This document shows positions 23,223 through 37,600 of a stretch of DNA of 64,000 nt, piece after piece; position 1 is the stretch's first letter, and each line of letters begins with the position of its first letter. The DNA is from Octopus vulgaris (Eukaryota), in the NCBI GenBank assembly GCA_951406725.2, contig OX597816.1, positions 56,544,001 to 56,608,000 on the forward strand. Direction: 5' to 3'. The position numbers were made by a program, and so were the translations under genes. A model generated the notes under the pieces. It ran no database searches, was not told the DNA's origin, and worked only from the letters and a program-made list of their open reading frames with translations.

Positions 23223-25001
23223 ATAGATGAGTAAAAATAGCTCAGTGGAGCAACGTTGCCTCCTCAGTAGAAATATGAAACGGTTTCATAAATGTGATGG
23301 TTGTCAACTGTCTACAGTACAGATGACAGAATCGTATTCTTTGGGACTCAGATTCTTTGGAATTACTTTGGGGCTCAAGTTTCAGATTTCATCTTACGGC
23401 TTACAATTTGTGTCATGAAAGTTTAGTATCAGCGATTTCTTTGTTCTCGATAAAACCTGGGCGAAAATGGATACCCGTCTTACAGAAACACTCACAGAAT
23501 GTTAGCATGTAATGTTGGAGGGGGGAGAGAGTTGAATTAGTTTCTTAAGGGTGGATAAGAGACAACGACAAAAAGGTCGTTAAGGGTGGAGGAGGGATGA
23601 TAAGAGGTACTTGTTAAAAGTGGAGGAGCGGATTCAGGAGTTTATTAAGGATGAAGGTGTTAAAGATTTAGGAGAAAGGATGAGGCGGAGAGGACTTATT
23701 GAGGAAGAATGGTTATCATTGGGTATTTAAGCTAAGGTAGATTATATCTATGCACAGGATAATCGGATTGGTCTTCTATGGAAATGATTTTCAAATATTT
23801 TACCATTAACAGCAGCAACGGGAGAAACATCAGGTGAACTAGATGTAGGTTCTATTGGGAGAGAGAGTAAGAGAGAGAGAGAGAGAGAAAGAGAAAACCA
23901 GAAAGTATGGCGTCACGTTATTTTCAATTGAGATAAATTGAATTAGAAAAGCTACTAAAACAAATATGGGAGAAGCATTATAAAAGCAACAAAACATTAA
24001 TAAAGAAATTCTTGAATGTTTTAAAAGCTATAAAAGACTAAAAGAACGACAAGGCGTCTAGCTCAAATAGATATACGAAGTAGCTGGTTCTGGTTAATAA
24101 GAAATATCGCTAAGTAATCCTACAGAGATAACAAATGTCGGTTGATTACGTAACGAAATCTAAAACTAATATTTTTAAACAGAAGAAGAAAAAAAACATC
24201 CGCATTCGCAGAAGAAAGTCTGAAGTTATTGAATTTTTGCAGAAATACAAATGGAGACATTGGATGTTGTGACATTCATGCTTTCAACAAGAATAAGCGG
24301 TAGATTAGATGGTTTATAAAAGATTTAAACATAATTTTTTTTCATACACTTGATGTTATATATTTCGTGTGTAAGACTGGAAGGTAGGTGTGGAAAGTAG
24401 GCGTGAGGGGAAAGCAATTTATATCTAGTAAGATGTCGTTTAAAATATATAAACAAGCCATTGGTTCTGGCTGAATTCTCTACAAAATACTACATTCATT
24501 AATGGTGACATATATTTCGGTATTATTCGTCACATGTTTATAGGAAGTGAGATATTTAATGGGTTGGTTATTGCTAAAGGCAGAAGCAATTAAAATACTA
24601 TGTACAGTACGCCAGAGAAAGTCATATCTAGATTAGCAAGATGCCAAACTATAATGTGATCAATAAACTTCGATTAAGCCGGAGTTTAATTTTTAGAATA
24701 GAAGAGTGTCTGTCTGGAAAGAAATATAAATCACCCGGATTTTGTTGTAGATAAATGGTATTAGGTAGCACCGGTGCTTCGCCGACAACTTTTAACCACA
24801 AATAAGTAATGAGTAACAGACAGGTGCATAGATATACACATATACACACACAGAGCAACAGAGCAGACACACACAGAGCAACAGAGCAGACACACACACA
24901 CACACACACACACGTAAGTTATTTGCGAGTTAACAAGGCTGCCATTCGTTTCATACTGAGTGAAGATTCCTCACCAAGCATAAATATATACATATACACA
25001 C

Positions 25002-25038
<37 letters not shown>

Positions 25039-25132
25039 GAAAGTTTACGAAAATAAACAAAAGACGAAGGCGGGTGGAGTACAAACAAACAAATGTATTA
25101 GTATAGCGCTCAGGAATAGAAAAAGAAGAAGT

Positions 25133-25169
25133 CTTTTACGTTTCGAGCCTACGCTCTTCGACAGAAAAA
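25133..25169 (-). ncRNA. Degenerate minimal hammerhead motif in a (TA)n-adjacent module
   Basis: CTGTCGA-a-gagc-gtag-gctc-GAAAC-GTA; one core mismatch (A6->T). Confidence 0.4.
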
Positions 25170-25332
25170 TATACAGAAAAAAACAAGGAGAGAAAAAAAT
25201 GCGTGTAGGAACTAACGATATATCATAGCGTCCTGACTTCGGACAGTGGTCAGACGCGAGAGGGACAGTAGGGTGTGTGTGTGTAAGTATGTATATTTAT
25301 ATTTCTGCGTGTGTGCGTGTGTGTGCATGAAA

Positions 25333-25500
25333 CCGCATGGCCAGGTAGTTAACGTGTTGCACTCCTGGTCGCAAGATAGCGGTTTCGATTCTCAGACGGA
25401 GCGCTGCGTTTTGTTCTTGAGCAAAACCCTTCATTTCACATTGCTCCAGTCCACTCAGCTGTAAACAAGTCTCCTTGCAACGGATTGGCGTCCCGTTTAG
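25333..25500 (+). mobile_element. CORE-type tRNA SINE (second family)
   Basis: B-box GGTTTCGATTC, then TTGAGCAAAACCCTTCATTTCACATTGCTCCAGTCCACTCAGCTG, shared with 27300-27583. Confidence 0.7.
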
Positions 25501-27299
25501 AGACAGTATCGTCATGTTGGTCACTTATGCAGCATAAGTCTACCCATCTTGCTGGCATGCAGGCAACACTTGAACCCTACAGCCATGCGAAGAAGTGTAT
25601 TGTGATCATCGGTGTATAAAAAGAAAACATTCGATAGTCTAGTCGATAGAGTGAAGAGAACGCAAAGAGAGAAAGCTGCATGCAATTTAGAAGAAATTGC
25701 TTGGCCTTCCAGCATATTTTCTATTACGGCGGTGCTCCAGCATGACCGTAGTCAAATGACTGAAACAAGTAAAATAATATATATATATATAGCTAATAGT
25801 GAAGGATTATCAACCCAGGCAAAATACGTTATAAGCTCTCCGTTGGTACACTAGGGTAATAATATTGTTAAGATTAGTAAAGAACTCCGAGTATTCCAAT
25901 GGCAGGGTCCAAAGTTCTGCTTCATCACGATACTATGTTGTAAATCCTTGGTTGGGCTCCAGTCAAACTGGTTTTTACACAAAGTGATACACAAGAGAAG
26001 GTATAAATAATAATCATTACATATTTTCCTCTATTTGAGTAAATTCGGCTTACAGCTGTTTCCAGTAGGCATTACAGGTACAACATTGATAGGTTTACTC
26101 AATTGTTCTATTGATCAATTGAGGCAAATTGAACGACCTAAAAAGAAAAATAATGCTACTTTCCTTAGAACCGTTTCTGATTATCATAAATATTCTAATA
26201 CTGAATATTCTTATATAATATTCCGATGATATCAGTGGAAAATGTGAATTTCTATATGACAATCATTATCGATCAGTTGGTTTAAACATTGATCTATTGA
26301 TTTAAAGATTAAATGTCTATCTACCAGCCTGGTGTCAGTTATAAATAGAAGTTGCCATATTCACCTCTATCAGGAAATTATTAAAATTCTGAGGGGAAAC
26401 ATTTCCGTCAATGAACCGAAACCGTATCGAGTTGTTCATATTGTCAAACAACAAACCTCCTTCTAAGTACAATCAACGGCAGTTGTTGTTGTTGTAATTG
26501 TCGTTTTTGTTACTTCTGTTATTATTTTGGCCGTTGTTGCTTAGTCCCTGGAATAACCTGTTTGAGCACACTCATGACTATAACCTTTCCAGTCGTGAAC
26601 ATCCCACCTTTTCCTTTAGACACATTTTATCTATGACTATGTTTTCAATGTATACTTATTTCTTAAGATACCATGTTTTGATTCAAGGAATATTTGGCTG
26701 TTATTTTTAGCATGTCAAGCGACCGCATTAAGTTTTCTGCGTCGACTTTCTCATCAAACAGTAAAGTATTCTAGAATAAAAGTCTAAACCTGATTACGAA
26801 GTGAGAAGCACCGAAACTTGGAAGAGACTTTTCTCGAAAAAATATGATTGTTTCTCTGAAGAAATTCATTCTGAGAATAACATAATCGATTGGTTTGAAA
26901 CTATCACTAAAATTGATATTTACTAAAATTTAATAAATCAGCGATAAATAACTATCCAAGTGGGTAGGATGTTTGATTGCTTGATGAGTTTTATCGAAGT
27001 CTAAGTTATTGATCAGATAAAATGCATTAACCTCACAATGACCCACTCCAATAGATCGACTTCATCTTTGCCATCCTAAAACTTTAACCTCTTAATGACC
27101 TATTCCAGTACATTAGACTCTCATCAGACGCTACAACTCGTAGAGTGAAGGATGTTAATTTACTGATTACAGCTCAGCAGAAATTATGTAATTAACGAGA
27201 GTTCTGTAAAGTTAGTGGGGGCAGCACTGCTGCGTTGTGTAATATTCCAGAGATTAAAGAGACAATTCTGCTGATCTTGTCATTGATTTTAAGGACCCA

Positions 27300-27583
27300 G
27301 CAATACGCCACTGACGAAAGTTCCAGTTGATCTGGTTAAGGGGACAGCCTACTCGTGAAATATCCCACCGACACGAGTACCCTTAACGTAGTTTTGAGAG
27401 AGATTCAGCGTGAAACAGAACGTGGCAAGACGTTGAAATACAGGTACTAATCGTTTTTTGCCAGCTGAGTGGACTGGAGCAACGTGAAATAAAGTATCTT
27501 GCTCAAGGACACAACGCGTCGCCGGGAATTGAACTCACAACCTTACGATCGCGAGCTGAATACCCGAACCACTAAGCCACACA
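27300..27583 (-). mobile_element. CORE-type tRNA SINE
   Basis: Minus strand GTGGCTTAGTGGTT..GAGTTCAATTCC..CCTTGAGCAAGATACTTTATTTCACGTTGCTCCAGTCCACTCAGCTGG. Confidence 0.75.
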
Positions 27584-27838
27584 CTCTACTGGTGTCTTGT
27601 CATTTCTCTTTAAACGCCCAACAGTACATTACTGCTGTCCATTTTTCATCTTTCCTTCCAATCTAATATCGAAACGATTCATTCTGCACTCATCTAAATC
27701 ACGCACAAGTTTCTTATTAAAGTCATAACATCATTTCATAATAAAATGTGTTTCTTTACACGAAATACATCGACTCGTGAATTAGAGTTTATGATATCGG
27801 TGGCCTGGTTTTTATTTGCTTTTAGCACGTAAAGGTAA

Positions 27839-28090
27839 TGTAGTGTGATGGATGAAGAGGACAACTGAAGGAGAAGGAGGGGAAATACAAACAGGTCTTA
27901 CCTCGGCGAAGATTCAGGTCTCTTCGGAACTCGTCACGTCCAGTCGCTTCTTCGTCTCAGCTCCAACTGCCCGCTTCGTTGATCGCCACACGTGCGTGCT
28001 GCTTGACCGCTTCCGCTTCCCGCCGCACATGCGCCTTGCGAGCCCTACTTCCGCCCTCCCTTATCTGTCGTCCTCTCCACCGACACCACA
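27839..28090. mobile_element. Solo LTR (252 bp) with 5-bp TSD
   Basis: Starts TGTAGTGT, ends ACACCACA; GGTAA at 27834-27838 and 28091-28095; GC/CpG-rich. Confidence 0.8.
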
Positions 28091-29011
28091 GGTAAACATG
28101 TTATTCAACATATTCTAATAGTGATCATGATATGATTTTAATTTAATTATAAACATAATTTTTGCCGATAAGATCGATCACGCTTTACAGACGAGAGTAC
28201 GAAGCTTAACGAAGTCCAGTGTATTACTGGTATAGGCTTCATCAACTTCAAAATTTTAAAACATGAGTTTGCTCCTCTCGGTATTCGAACCGATTAACCA
28301 GCAGTATCAAGATAAACAGATTTCGTTTCATGCTTCCAGTCACGTGACAATATAGGGGAGAAACGGTAGGGGTGAAACACAATCTGCTTAATTTAACGAG
28401 TGAAATGTTGTAAATGGAGTATAATGAGTCATTAGAATAATACTGGGTCACATGACTGAATGAAATCATTACAGAAAACTATACAAAACCCATTTAACAC
28501 AGAATAAACATCCAGGGCTTTCCTATCTTGGAAGATTATCAAGATTCTGTCAGTGGCAGCAAACTGTGATATAATGATGAAACAGATTTATCATTCTGTA
28601 ATGATTCATTTTCATCGATCCCTTTAAACATTAGTGGCCAAAGCTCTTACCTTCCCAGAATTTCAACACACTGGAACTCCCACCTCCCCTCTTTATTTTC
28701 TTCCTGATGACATCAATACTCGAAGAGTTTACGAACGCCATTCTCTATTCCGTTTTATGTTAGTTATTTACTGCTTTCAATTAGTGAAATGCAGCCAGAC
28801 AGGAGCTTGGGTTTCCACGGCTTTATTCGGTCATGGCAGTTTTAATATTCTTCTGTCACTCTAGAACTTATCGAACTCCTAAGAAAGAATGGCAAAGAAT
28901 GACATAAATGGACGTAATCAAAATGGAACCAAAATACTGTAAGATAAAGGTTCCTCTGGAACTCGATACAGTGACAAATATATAGTGACAAATAATAGTG
29001 TGTAGAATATT

Positions 29012-29240
29012 TATTTCTTTATTGCCCACAAGGGGCTAAACACAGAGGGGACAAATAAGGACAAAGGGATTAAATCGATTAAAGCGACCCCAGTGCGTAT
29101 CAGGTACTTATTTAATCGACCCAGAAAGGATGAAAGGCAAAGTCGACCTCGGTGGAATTTGAACTCAGAACGTAGCGGCAGACGAAATACCGCTAAGCAT
29201 TTCGCCAGGCGTGTTAATGTTTCTGTCAGCTCACTGCCTT
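29012..29240 (-). mobile_element. tRNA SINE with Tx1-like tail (type B) and ~16-bp TSD
   Basis: TSD TAG(T/C)GTGTAGAATATT at 28996-29011 and 29241-29256. Confidence 0.9.
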
Positions 29241-29757
29241 TAGCGTGTAGAATATTGACTTAATAAAACTCCCATGTATGTATGTATGTATGTATGTATG
29301 TATGGATGGATGGATGGATGGATGGATGGATGGATGGATAATTAGGAGGGGGCTTAGAAGAGGCAACCTGTGAAAAGTGAGAGAATGTTGCTTTTTATGT
29401 CTGTGGCTTGTGGGTGGAGATGTTTGAGTCGTGCAGGTCTGGTGAGCCATCAAAATTCTCATAGAAATCGACCCATGATAAACAATGATGTGGCTATTAA
29501 AATTCACAACAGAACGTATGTAAAATGTTGAAGGGCGTGCCTCTCAGTTGGAGGTCTAAAGAGACATGTTAAGAGAGTGCTTATGGTGGCACCTGTTTCT
29601 CCTGCCAGCCAGCACATTTGTCTAGTATGTAATAAAATGTGTAAAAGCTTGGCCGGGCTTAAAAGTCATATAAGGGCATCACATGGCAACAATCATGAAT
29701 CATTTCAGTAAGTCTTTTTGGCAACGGCTTTTCTCGTGTAACGAGGATGCAGCTGTG

Positions 29758-29790
<33 letters not shown>

Positions 29791-29820
29791 TGTATGTATG
29801 TATGTATGTATGTATGTATG

Positions 29821-30130
29821 TGACCGTGACCGTGACCGACCAGGCTATCACATGTTGCTACACATCGCTGGTCACAATGCGCTTCGCATTGTTTTAGCCT
29901 TCAAATGACGCCACCCCGCTGGCTAAGCGAGCAAGCCAACAGAAGAAAGAGTGAGAGAAAGTTGTGGCGAAAGAGTACAGCAGGGATCGCCACCACCACC
30001 CTGCCGGAGCCTCGTGGAGCTTTAGGTGTTTTCGCTCAATAAACACACACACAACGCCCGGTGTGGGAATCGAAACCGCGATCCTTCGATCGCGAGTTCG
30101 CTGCCCTAACCACTGGGTAATTGCGCCTCC

Positions 30131-30132
<2 letters not shown>
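29821..30132 (-). mobile_element. tRNA SINE (third family) inserted in (TATG)n
   Basis: Head GGAGGCGCAATTACCCAGTGGTTAGGGCAGCG..GGTTTCGATTCCC; tail of GGTCAC repeats; (TATG)n on both sides. Confidence 0.8.
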
Positions 30133-30161
<29 letters not shown>

Positions 30162-31739
30162 TGTATGTATGTATGTATGTATGTACAAACCGTGTACCTT
30201 GCAAATACCTCATATTAATAGAGTTGTTCATTAAGCTAGTTTATAATTACATAGCGAATGATGCACGGAATTGACCTAAACCTGTCACTTCAAGACAATA
30301 TTGTTCATAACTAGCTTTGAAAATATCGATAACATATAAACGATAATATATAACGAATCAATATATTTTGAGAGCGGGAAAGGGGTGAAGAGGAAGTGAA
30401 TCTGAAATTGGCAACAAACCCGAAATTCCAAAGTTGAAACAATAGTAATACACTTGATCCACATGTTTCAACGGAAACGAGATTTATTCAAACACAATTG
30501 GTGGAGTGATCAAAACAGTAACGAATTTATCAAATATATTAGACTAAGACAGTTGAATGGTGTTAATAAAGGAAGCGAAAGAAAGGAAAAACAATGGAAA
30601 AGAGAAAAAAAACACAGAAAAGAAAGACAAACCATTGTTTATGCCAAACGAAGAATAGAATACATTACATTTTTTGAAACAGTTAGAGATATCAAAGACT
30701 TTCTTGAACTTCTGCGCTTGACTTGAGAATTGTTCCTGCTGTTCAAATAAATAGAGTCTCTCTGTTAGAAGCCACATCATTCACTATTAGGAAATTTAAC
30801 AAAAACAACATAACATAGGTACTTACAAATAGCTATTCCACTTTCTCAGTCTAGACTTAACACAGATAAACATTTTTCCTGGGGGAAAACAAATGAAAAA
30901 TTGAAATATAATTACTATGACAAATAGTCACCTTCCAAAGTCTTCTAGAATTTAACAAGTATCATTCGTTGTCGCATTTCTACCATTTCATAAAGTGAAG
31001 AGTTTTTTTTAATGGTGCATCTCTTTCCTACGTTTTAAAAATAAGCAGTTCCCACAGAAAGGAACAGTATCATCTCATTACACCTCGCAATATCTTAACA
31101 GACATTGCAAGCGTGACATTGCCTGGCTTAATTATCTTTTTATCATTTCGGGTGAGGCGTTCAAGAACACAAACACACTTTTAAAATTTCAACAGTTGTA
31201 TTTTCTAACTAGCTGAGGTATTCGGTAAAACCCGGGAGCGGGGATATTCTAAGTACCCATTACAATGCCTAATTTTTCACAGACGGAAAATGAAATCAAG
31301 ACATAGGATAGATAATAGAAGGCGTGAGCAAATTCATTCACAAAACAATAATACAAATAAATACGTGTGGAATCGGAAAATGACAATTGTTTGGTCAGAT
31401 GAGTGGAAAGCTGGGAATATATAATCAATGGAAACATCAAGAAGGGAATTGTAAAGGAGTGCTAGGAAAAAACAACAACATAAAAGTTTAAACAGTAAAC
31501 AAGAAATTATTTAGAGAAAAGGCACTTAATTTGACGACTGTTTTTCATGGGTATAGTTCCACTGATCGTGAAAATCAAATATCGATTGCAACGGTTGGAA
31601 CTGACAATTTTAAGTGCAGGTGTTAAGGAAATACATGCTACATGTTTTAGCAAACAACATTAGAACGTTTAGAATCGATAATTTTAAGTACAGGTGTTAA
31701 GAAAATACACGTTACAGCAACCTGAGAATGCTGAAATAA

Positions 31740-32163
31740 TTGATGAACATTTTAACCCCACAACAATTTTGGTCAAATTTCGTCAATCAGTTAATCAGAA
31801 ATCATCTTACGCTTTGCTTGAGTGGCCTAGGTAAATTTTTATTTGTCTCAATTCTATCTGTGTATAAAATTTCAAGAAAATCGGTTGAAAACTTTAAAAG
31901 TCATGACAGAAAATAACATTCATATGAGAATTTGCATTGAAATGTCCCATTGATTTTTGGAAAAATCAATGCTGACTAAAAATTATCGATGTTCTTGAAA
32001 TTCCAAGTGCGTAAGTGACCTCATGGGCATAAGCCCCCCACACGTGTCAATTTTCATCAAGTTCGGTTGGATAGTCTTGGATAGTCTCGGAGGAGTTAAA
32101 GTTACAAATTCACAAACACACACACGACCATAAACAGACAGAAATGTCATTTATGCATATAAA
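31740..32163 (-). mobile_element. Probable non-autonomous Helitron 5' remnant
   Basis: TGTCAATTTTCATCAAGTTCGGTTG..ACAGACAGAAATGTCATTTAT resembles 40730-40835 of the full Helitron; repeated AAATTTC..AATCGGTT motifs. Confidence 0.45.
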
Positions 32164-34401
32164 TTAATTAAATGATGGACTCTCCTGTCGAGACCAATGT
32201 TTGAGCGTTCAGCTTTTGCCGAACGATCTTCACAAATGATTTGTTTATAGTGAGCAACAGTATGTGACGTATATTATCTCAGCCCCTCCATCAAATCGAC
32301 GTTGCCTGAAGAGCGTACCACGGTGTACCACACGTCAATTGATTGCAGAGCAAAGTGAGATGAAGGGTTTTGCTCGAGAAGACAACACACCACCCGGTCT
32401 AGGAATTGAAACCGTGATTTCACGATTGTGAAATCAGGTCATGCGTCCTCAAATATATCAAATGATATTCGATAAAACTTGTTAAATATTGTTAAATATT
32501 GGCTAAACGTGTACAGTCAACATAAAGAATTTTGGTTATGAAACGGACAAAGTAATTAAAGTAACGTGCCCTGCCATATAAATTAATTCTAATATAATCG
32601 TGTTAATATGACCTCTTGTCCAGTTAATAGCAAATGTCTCAGCAAAGATTGGTATGCTAAACTGAAATTGCTAGAGGGCTGTGAACGTAAGTATTTAACC
32701 ATAACAGAACATAATTTTAACTGTAGGTAAACAAAGAATACGTGGGGCAAAGAAACGCTACCTTTCTGTTGTTACACACTTGGTCATTGAAAGCTGAAGG
32801 TTAGTTAGTTGTTGAATTTTGCCAAATCATTTTCTGAAGGATCTCATTTCTGTTTCTTCGGTACATGTAATGATCTATTTTCATAAACGAACCCACTTAT
32901 AATTCTTTTTTTAATTTAACAAATCATGTCATTTAAAAATAATTTTGTCATCACCAAAGCAATTTCATTCTACTTTCGAACTACAGAATGAATATATTAA
33001 AAATCGTTTTGGAAAGCTTCTAAAGAATTGCGCTTAACTTATGGATATATATATAGTGTTCTCCTTCGTCTGGTCAATGTCTGTGTCAAAGATTTCTTAA
33101 AGTTTTTCAAAGACATTTCCTATGAGAACTGACATCTATTAGCAAACTTACTTCTCTTGCTTTCATAATTGGAAAACCATTGTATTGTATTTTTCTCTGT
33201 TGAATTTCTTGCGACATTTCACGTCTTTTCACCTAAATAATGAACAACTTTTACATCAGTTCTGTGAACAGCCCACACACCCATACACACCAACTTTTCA
33301 GCCTTTATCCTCATCTTATAGTCTCTTCTTCCGCCTCCATTAATATCTCAAAACTCCATATAAATAAATGTATAAGTTTATTTCTCCCTAAATCGCAAAG
33401 TTCAATACAGAGTGAAGCAGAAAAACCTCCCACATATTGTATGCCTAGTAATATGCCGCAAGTGAAAGTTAGGCAGACGGTGAGGGTATCTCTACGTTAG
33501 CTAATGTCTTCCAATTTTGGATTTAGTAATCATCATCAATTAAATTTGCGTCTATCATGTTTTTGTTGCTGAAATGTTTACCAAGAATAGCGAATCTTGA
33601 AGGATTTTGCCGTATTCTCTACATCATCTTTCCTTCTCTCATCTCTCTATTTAATTCTTCGGTTTCCTTTTCTCTCTCTCTCCCTTTCTCTCTCTTCCTC
33701 TCTCTCTCTCTTCTCTCTCTCTCTCTTTCACTCTCTCCCACTCTCTCACCGATATAATACATACCTATTTATAATCTTTGCTCTTCCTTCCATCATCTTG
33801 ACCAATTCGTTACATTTTAGTATTTCACTCCATCAAGCTCTTATTCTCTCTTCCTCTGCTGCCTCTTCTGCCTCTTTTCCACCACTCTTCTTTTATTCCC
33901 TTTATATCTTCCTTCTTGTTTCTCATATATTTTAGTCTTTCTTCTTCTTCTTTTAATATTTATTCATTCCTATGCCTTCTTCTTTTCTCTTCTTACTTTC
34001 ACTAACTCTCCGTCGTCTTTTTTTCTATATTTTTCCTTTCTACTTACTTCCATAACTTTTATTACTCACTCATCTGTCTCAGTTTAAGTATTTTAAACGT
34101 TCAATTAAAGATTATGAGAGTTTAAACCATAAAATTCCATCATTTTAAGCCTTGATTTCACCAAATCTATGACGCCTGTATTAGCTTCCTCTTGCGATAA
34201 AATTTTTACAGATGTCGAAAAGCGATAATCGAAAACGCAAAATATAAAATGTAAGGCTTAATTGGCGTTGTTATTATTATTGTTAACTATTTTGATTCGT
34301 TTGACTCGTTATATCTGTGTGTATACAGGAATATAACACATATGCATATGTGTGTATACAGGAATATAACACACATACATATGTGTGTATGTGGAGAAAT
34401 C

Positions 34402-34432
<31 letters not shown>

Positions 34433-34609
34433 TGAGAATAACTAAAAATAAAAGTCGACACAATCATTAACACATATTGTTGGACGGTTGAGCGTTGCTT
34501 TGACGTTTAGACAGAGGTGGAGTATGTCTATGTAAGTATCTATCTATCTATCCAGACAGACAGACACACAGACAGACAGACGAACAGACAGACAGACAGA
34601 CAGACAGAC

Positions 34610-34677
<68 letters not shown>

Positions 34678-34696
34678 CAAAACATATATATACATA

Positions 34697-37600
34697 CTAG
34701 CAGCATAGCCCGGCGTTGCCCGGGTATGTAAGAGCCCCTAGTAGGCAACGACTAATCCCAATGTAGTCCTTTCCCTCCAGGGAACGAAGGTGCATGTGGA
34801 CGTTGCAATGTCTTGTCTTCACTGGAATACTTCTGTATATACGATGTTCCTAGCTGTCCGTTTGGGCGAAAACATGAAAACATCATTGCGCCTCCCAACG
34901 CGTGAACAGCCCACGTAGAGTTGACCGTGGGCGAAGCACTGTTCGCCCAAATGTAACCCAGCGACTTGTAGCGTTTGGCCTTGGGATTTATTGATGGACA
35001 TTGCGAAGCAGAGTTTAACAGGAAACTGAGAACGCCTGAAGTGGATTGGTAGGTCAGCGCCCGACGGTTGAAGGTGCATCCGTGGAATGAAGACGTCCTC
35101 TCCTTCCCACAACCGGTAAGTATTGTGGCCGTTATTAAATGTGGTGCCAAATGTTTCACAACCAAACGTGTGCCGTTGCACTGTTTAGGTGGAACCAAAT
35201 TCCTGATGAGCATAATGGGCGCACCGACTTTTAACTTCAGGATGTGTGGTGGCAGGCCTGGCGGTTCAAGTGAATTCAGGAATTCAACAGGATAATCGGC
35301 AAGCTGGGCGGGGTCTGCTGTCCTATCTATAGATTTGTAGACGTGGACATCACCAGGAATAGCTTCAAGTAGCTGGATATTGATGGAGTTGACGGTTGTA
35401 TTTTTGGGTGCGAGAATAGCTCTGCCTGCCAGCCATTTTAGGTCGCGTAAATTGTTTTGTAGGTCGTGGAAGACAGCGTCCCGGAGGCTAGCAGGGGTGT
35501 CGACAATGGTGCAAAGTGAGTCCAATTGAACGTAGCCATCCGCATCAGACAGCATCCTATTTTCACCGAGCGATAAGAGGTCCTTGGAGAATGCAGCGGA
35601 TCCGCTGTCACCAATTAACTGCGCGCGCATGTTAGTTTGGAGGTGCAAGGGCCGCACATGTGCCCAAAGAGCTGACGACTTAAGGCACGCGCGCACGGCA
35701 TCGGCACGGGTTCCTTTTGGAATAACAGGTAGAGTCTGCCTGAAGTCTCCTGAAAGAAGTAACGTTAATCCTCCCCTGGGGGCCGTAGAGTCTCTGATGT
35801 CTTGCAGGGACCTGTCCAGTGCCTCAAGGGCGCCTTTGTGTGCCATAGTGCACTCGTCCCATACGATGAGTTTGCATCTGCGCAGAATGTCAGCCTGTTC
35901 TGAGTTCTTGGCGATGTTGCAGATAGGTGACTCGGACTTTGCCAGATCGAGCGGGAGTCTGAAGGCAGAGTGGGCGGTTCTGCCACCCGGAAGCAACGTG
36001 GCCGCGATACCAGAGGAAGCTACAGCCAGGGCAATGTCCGTGTTGCGTCTGACCTCTGCCAGAATTAGTTTAGTGACGAAGGTTTTGCCAGTGCCGCCGG
36101 GTGCATCAAGGAAGAAAATCCCCCCACGTTGCTGTCTGACAGAGTCTACGATGGTGTTGTAGGCTATGCGCTGGTCTGGAAGCAGCCGTGGTTCATTATC
36201 TTGGACGTACTGGTGCAGTTCCTCAATGCAGTAGGAAGTTTCGCGTAACAATTCAGCAGACATAACATTGGCGTGTTCACGTGTCGGTGGTGGAAGGCCG
36301 TACTCTGTTAAAGCAGACCCACCCATATCGATGACAGCGTCTTCGAGTTGAATGAGCGCAAAATTGTAAATGAAGTTGGTGAACGTGATCTCGGCGGAAG
36401 GGCAGTGTTGCTGAGCCGTACGTAAGAAGTCGTGCGACATGTCATCCCTGTATTTCATCCAGAGACTTAGTGGATCACTAAGCTGACATTTTTGAAGAAG
36501 GATTGCGAAAAGATGTCGTAGGGCCGAATGCGTTTGCAGTAAAGCACCCTCTGCCATCGTGGCGTCCCACTGGGAGTCATCCTCTAGAAGGCCAAGTCTC
36601 ATACATGCTTCCCTGAAGGTGTCGCACAGAACCCCATTGACGGTACGTATATTGGCGAAACCTGTTGGACCAGTGACCTCATGTAGAAGGAGACGGAGGT
36701 AGAAGCATTCTTGCTGGTTTGGCGGGATGTTGTAAACTCGACCCAGGCAGGAGTCAAACTTGACGCCTGGGAAGCTTTCGACGTTTTTGCCGGATTTCCG
36801 TCGAACCCAGGTGTTTTTAGACCACACGAAGTACGATGGGACCTGTGGGTACAAAAGCGTTCGAGCGAAGTCATCACGTTGGCATAATTTGAAGAAACCA
36901 GTCAACGTTGTGTCTTTAGGGCTGGTGGCTATCTGCACAGCACTTTGCTCTGTGAAGTAAATCCGCTGTCCATTTTCCAAGTGTACAGCAAGCTGCACCA
37001 CAGCCGGGTGTCTCTGATGGAGCGGGAAGCCGTAAATGCGCCAAAACGCTTCGTTGCTGCTGAGGTACCGGCCAGCCAAGTAGTTGGACACTTCGTCGCG
37101 ACTGGTGGTCCTCTGGATGCTGAACATGGCAGCATCGCTGCCTTTGTTGATATATTTGCAGACATATTGTATTGACCTGATGGAGCTGCAGAACTCAACG
37201 TTGACGTGGGCTTTGAATATCTTCGACAGGAGAGGACAGTAGGGGACAATGTAGCTGTTGTCCACTTGATGTCGCCCAACCGTAATCGTGCGGCCTCCAT
37301 TGGCTGGACTCCTTCGTTTGTACAGCGGATACCCATCGCCGCCTGTTTGAGTCTCCAAAGTGAACCGTTTAGGGAATCCGTTTGAGCAGGCTAATCCGTT
37401 TTTGTAGCATGGTGTGTTGGCGTAATTTGGTCCACAGGGCCCGTGTACCATGGTAGTGCGGACAATTTCGTAGAGTCCGGGGTCCTCATCGGGGTCAGGA
37501 ATCTCGGCGGAAATGAATTTGTCAATGTCATTAGTCTCGATTTTATGAGTGAGCCAAATTAAGATGTGAGCATGTGGCAAGCCCCTCTTTTGCCACTCGA

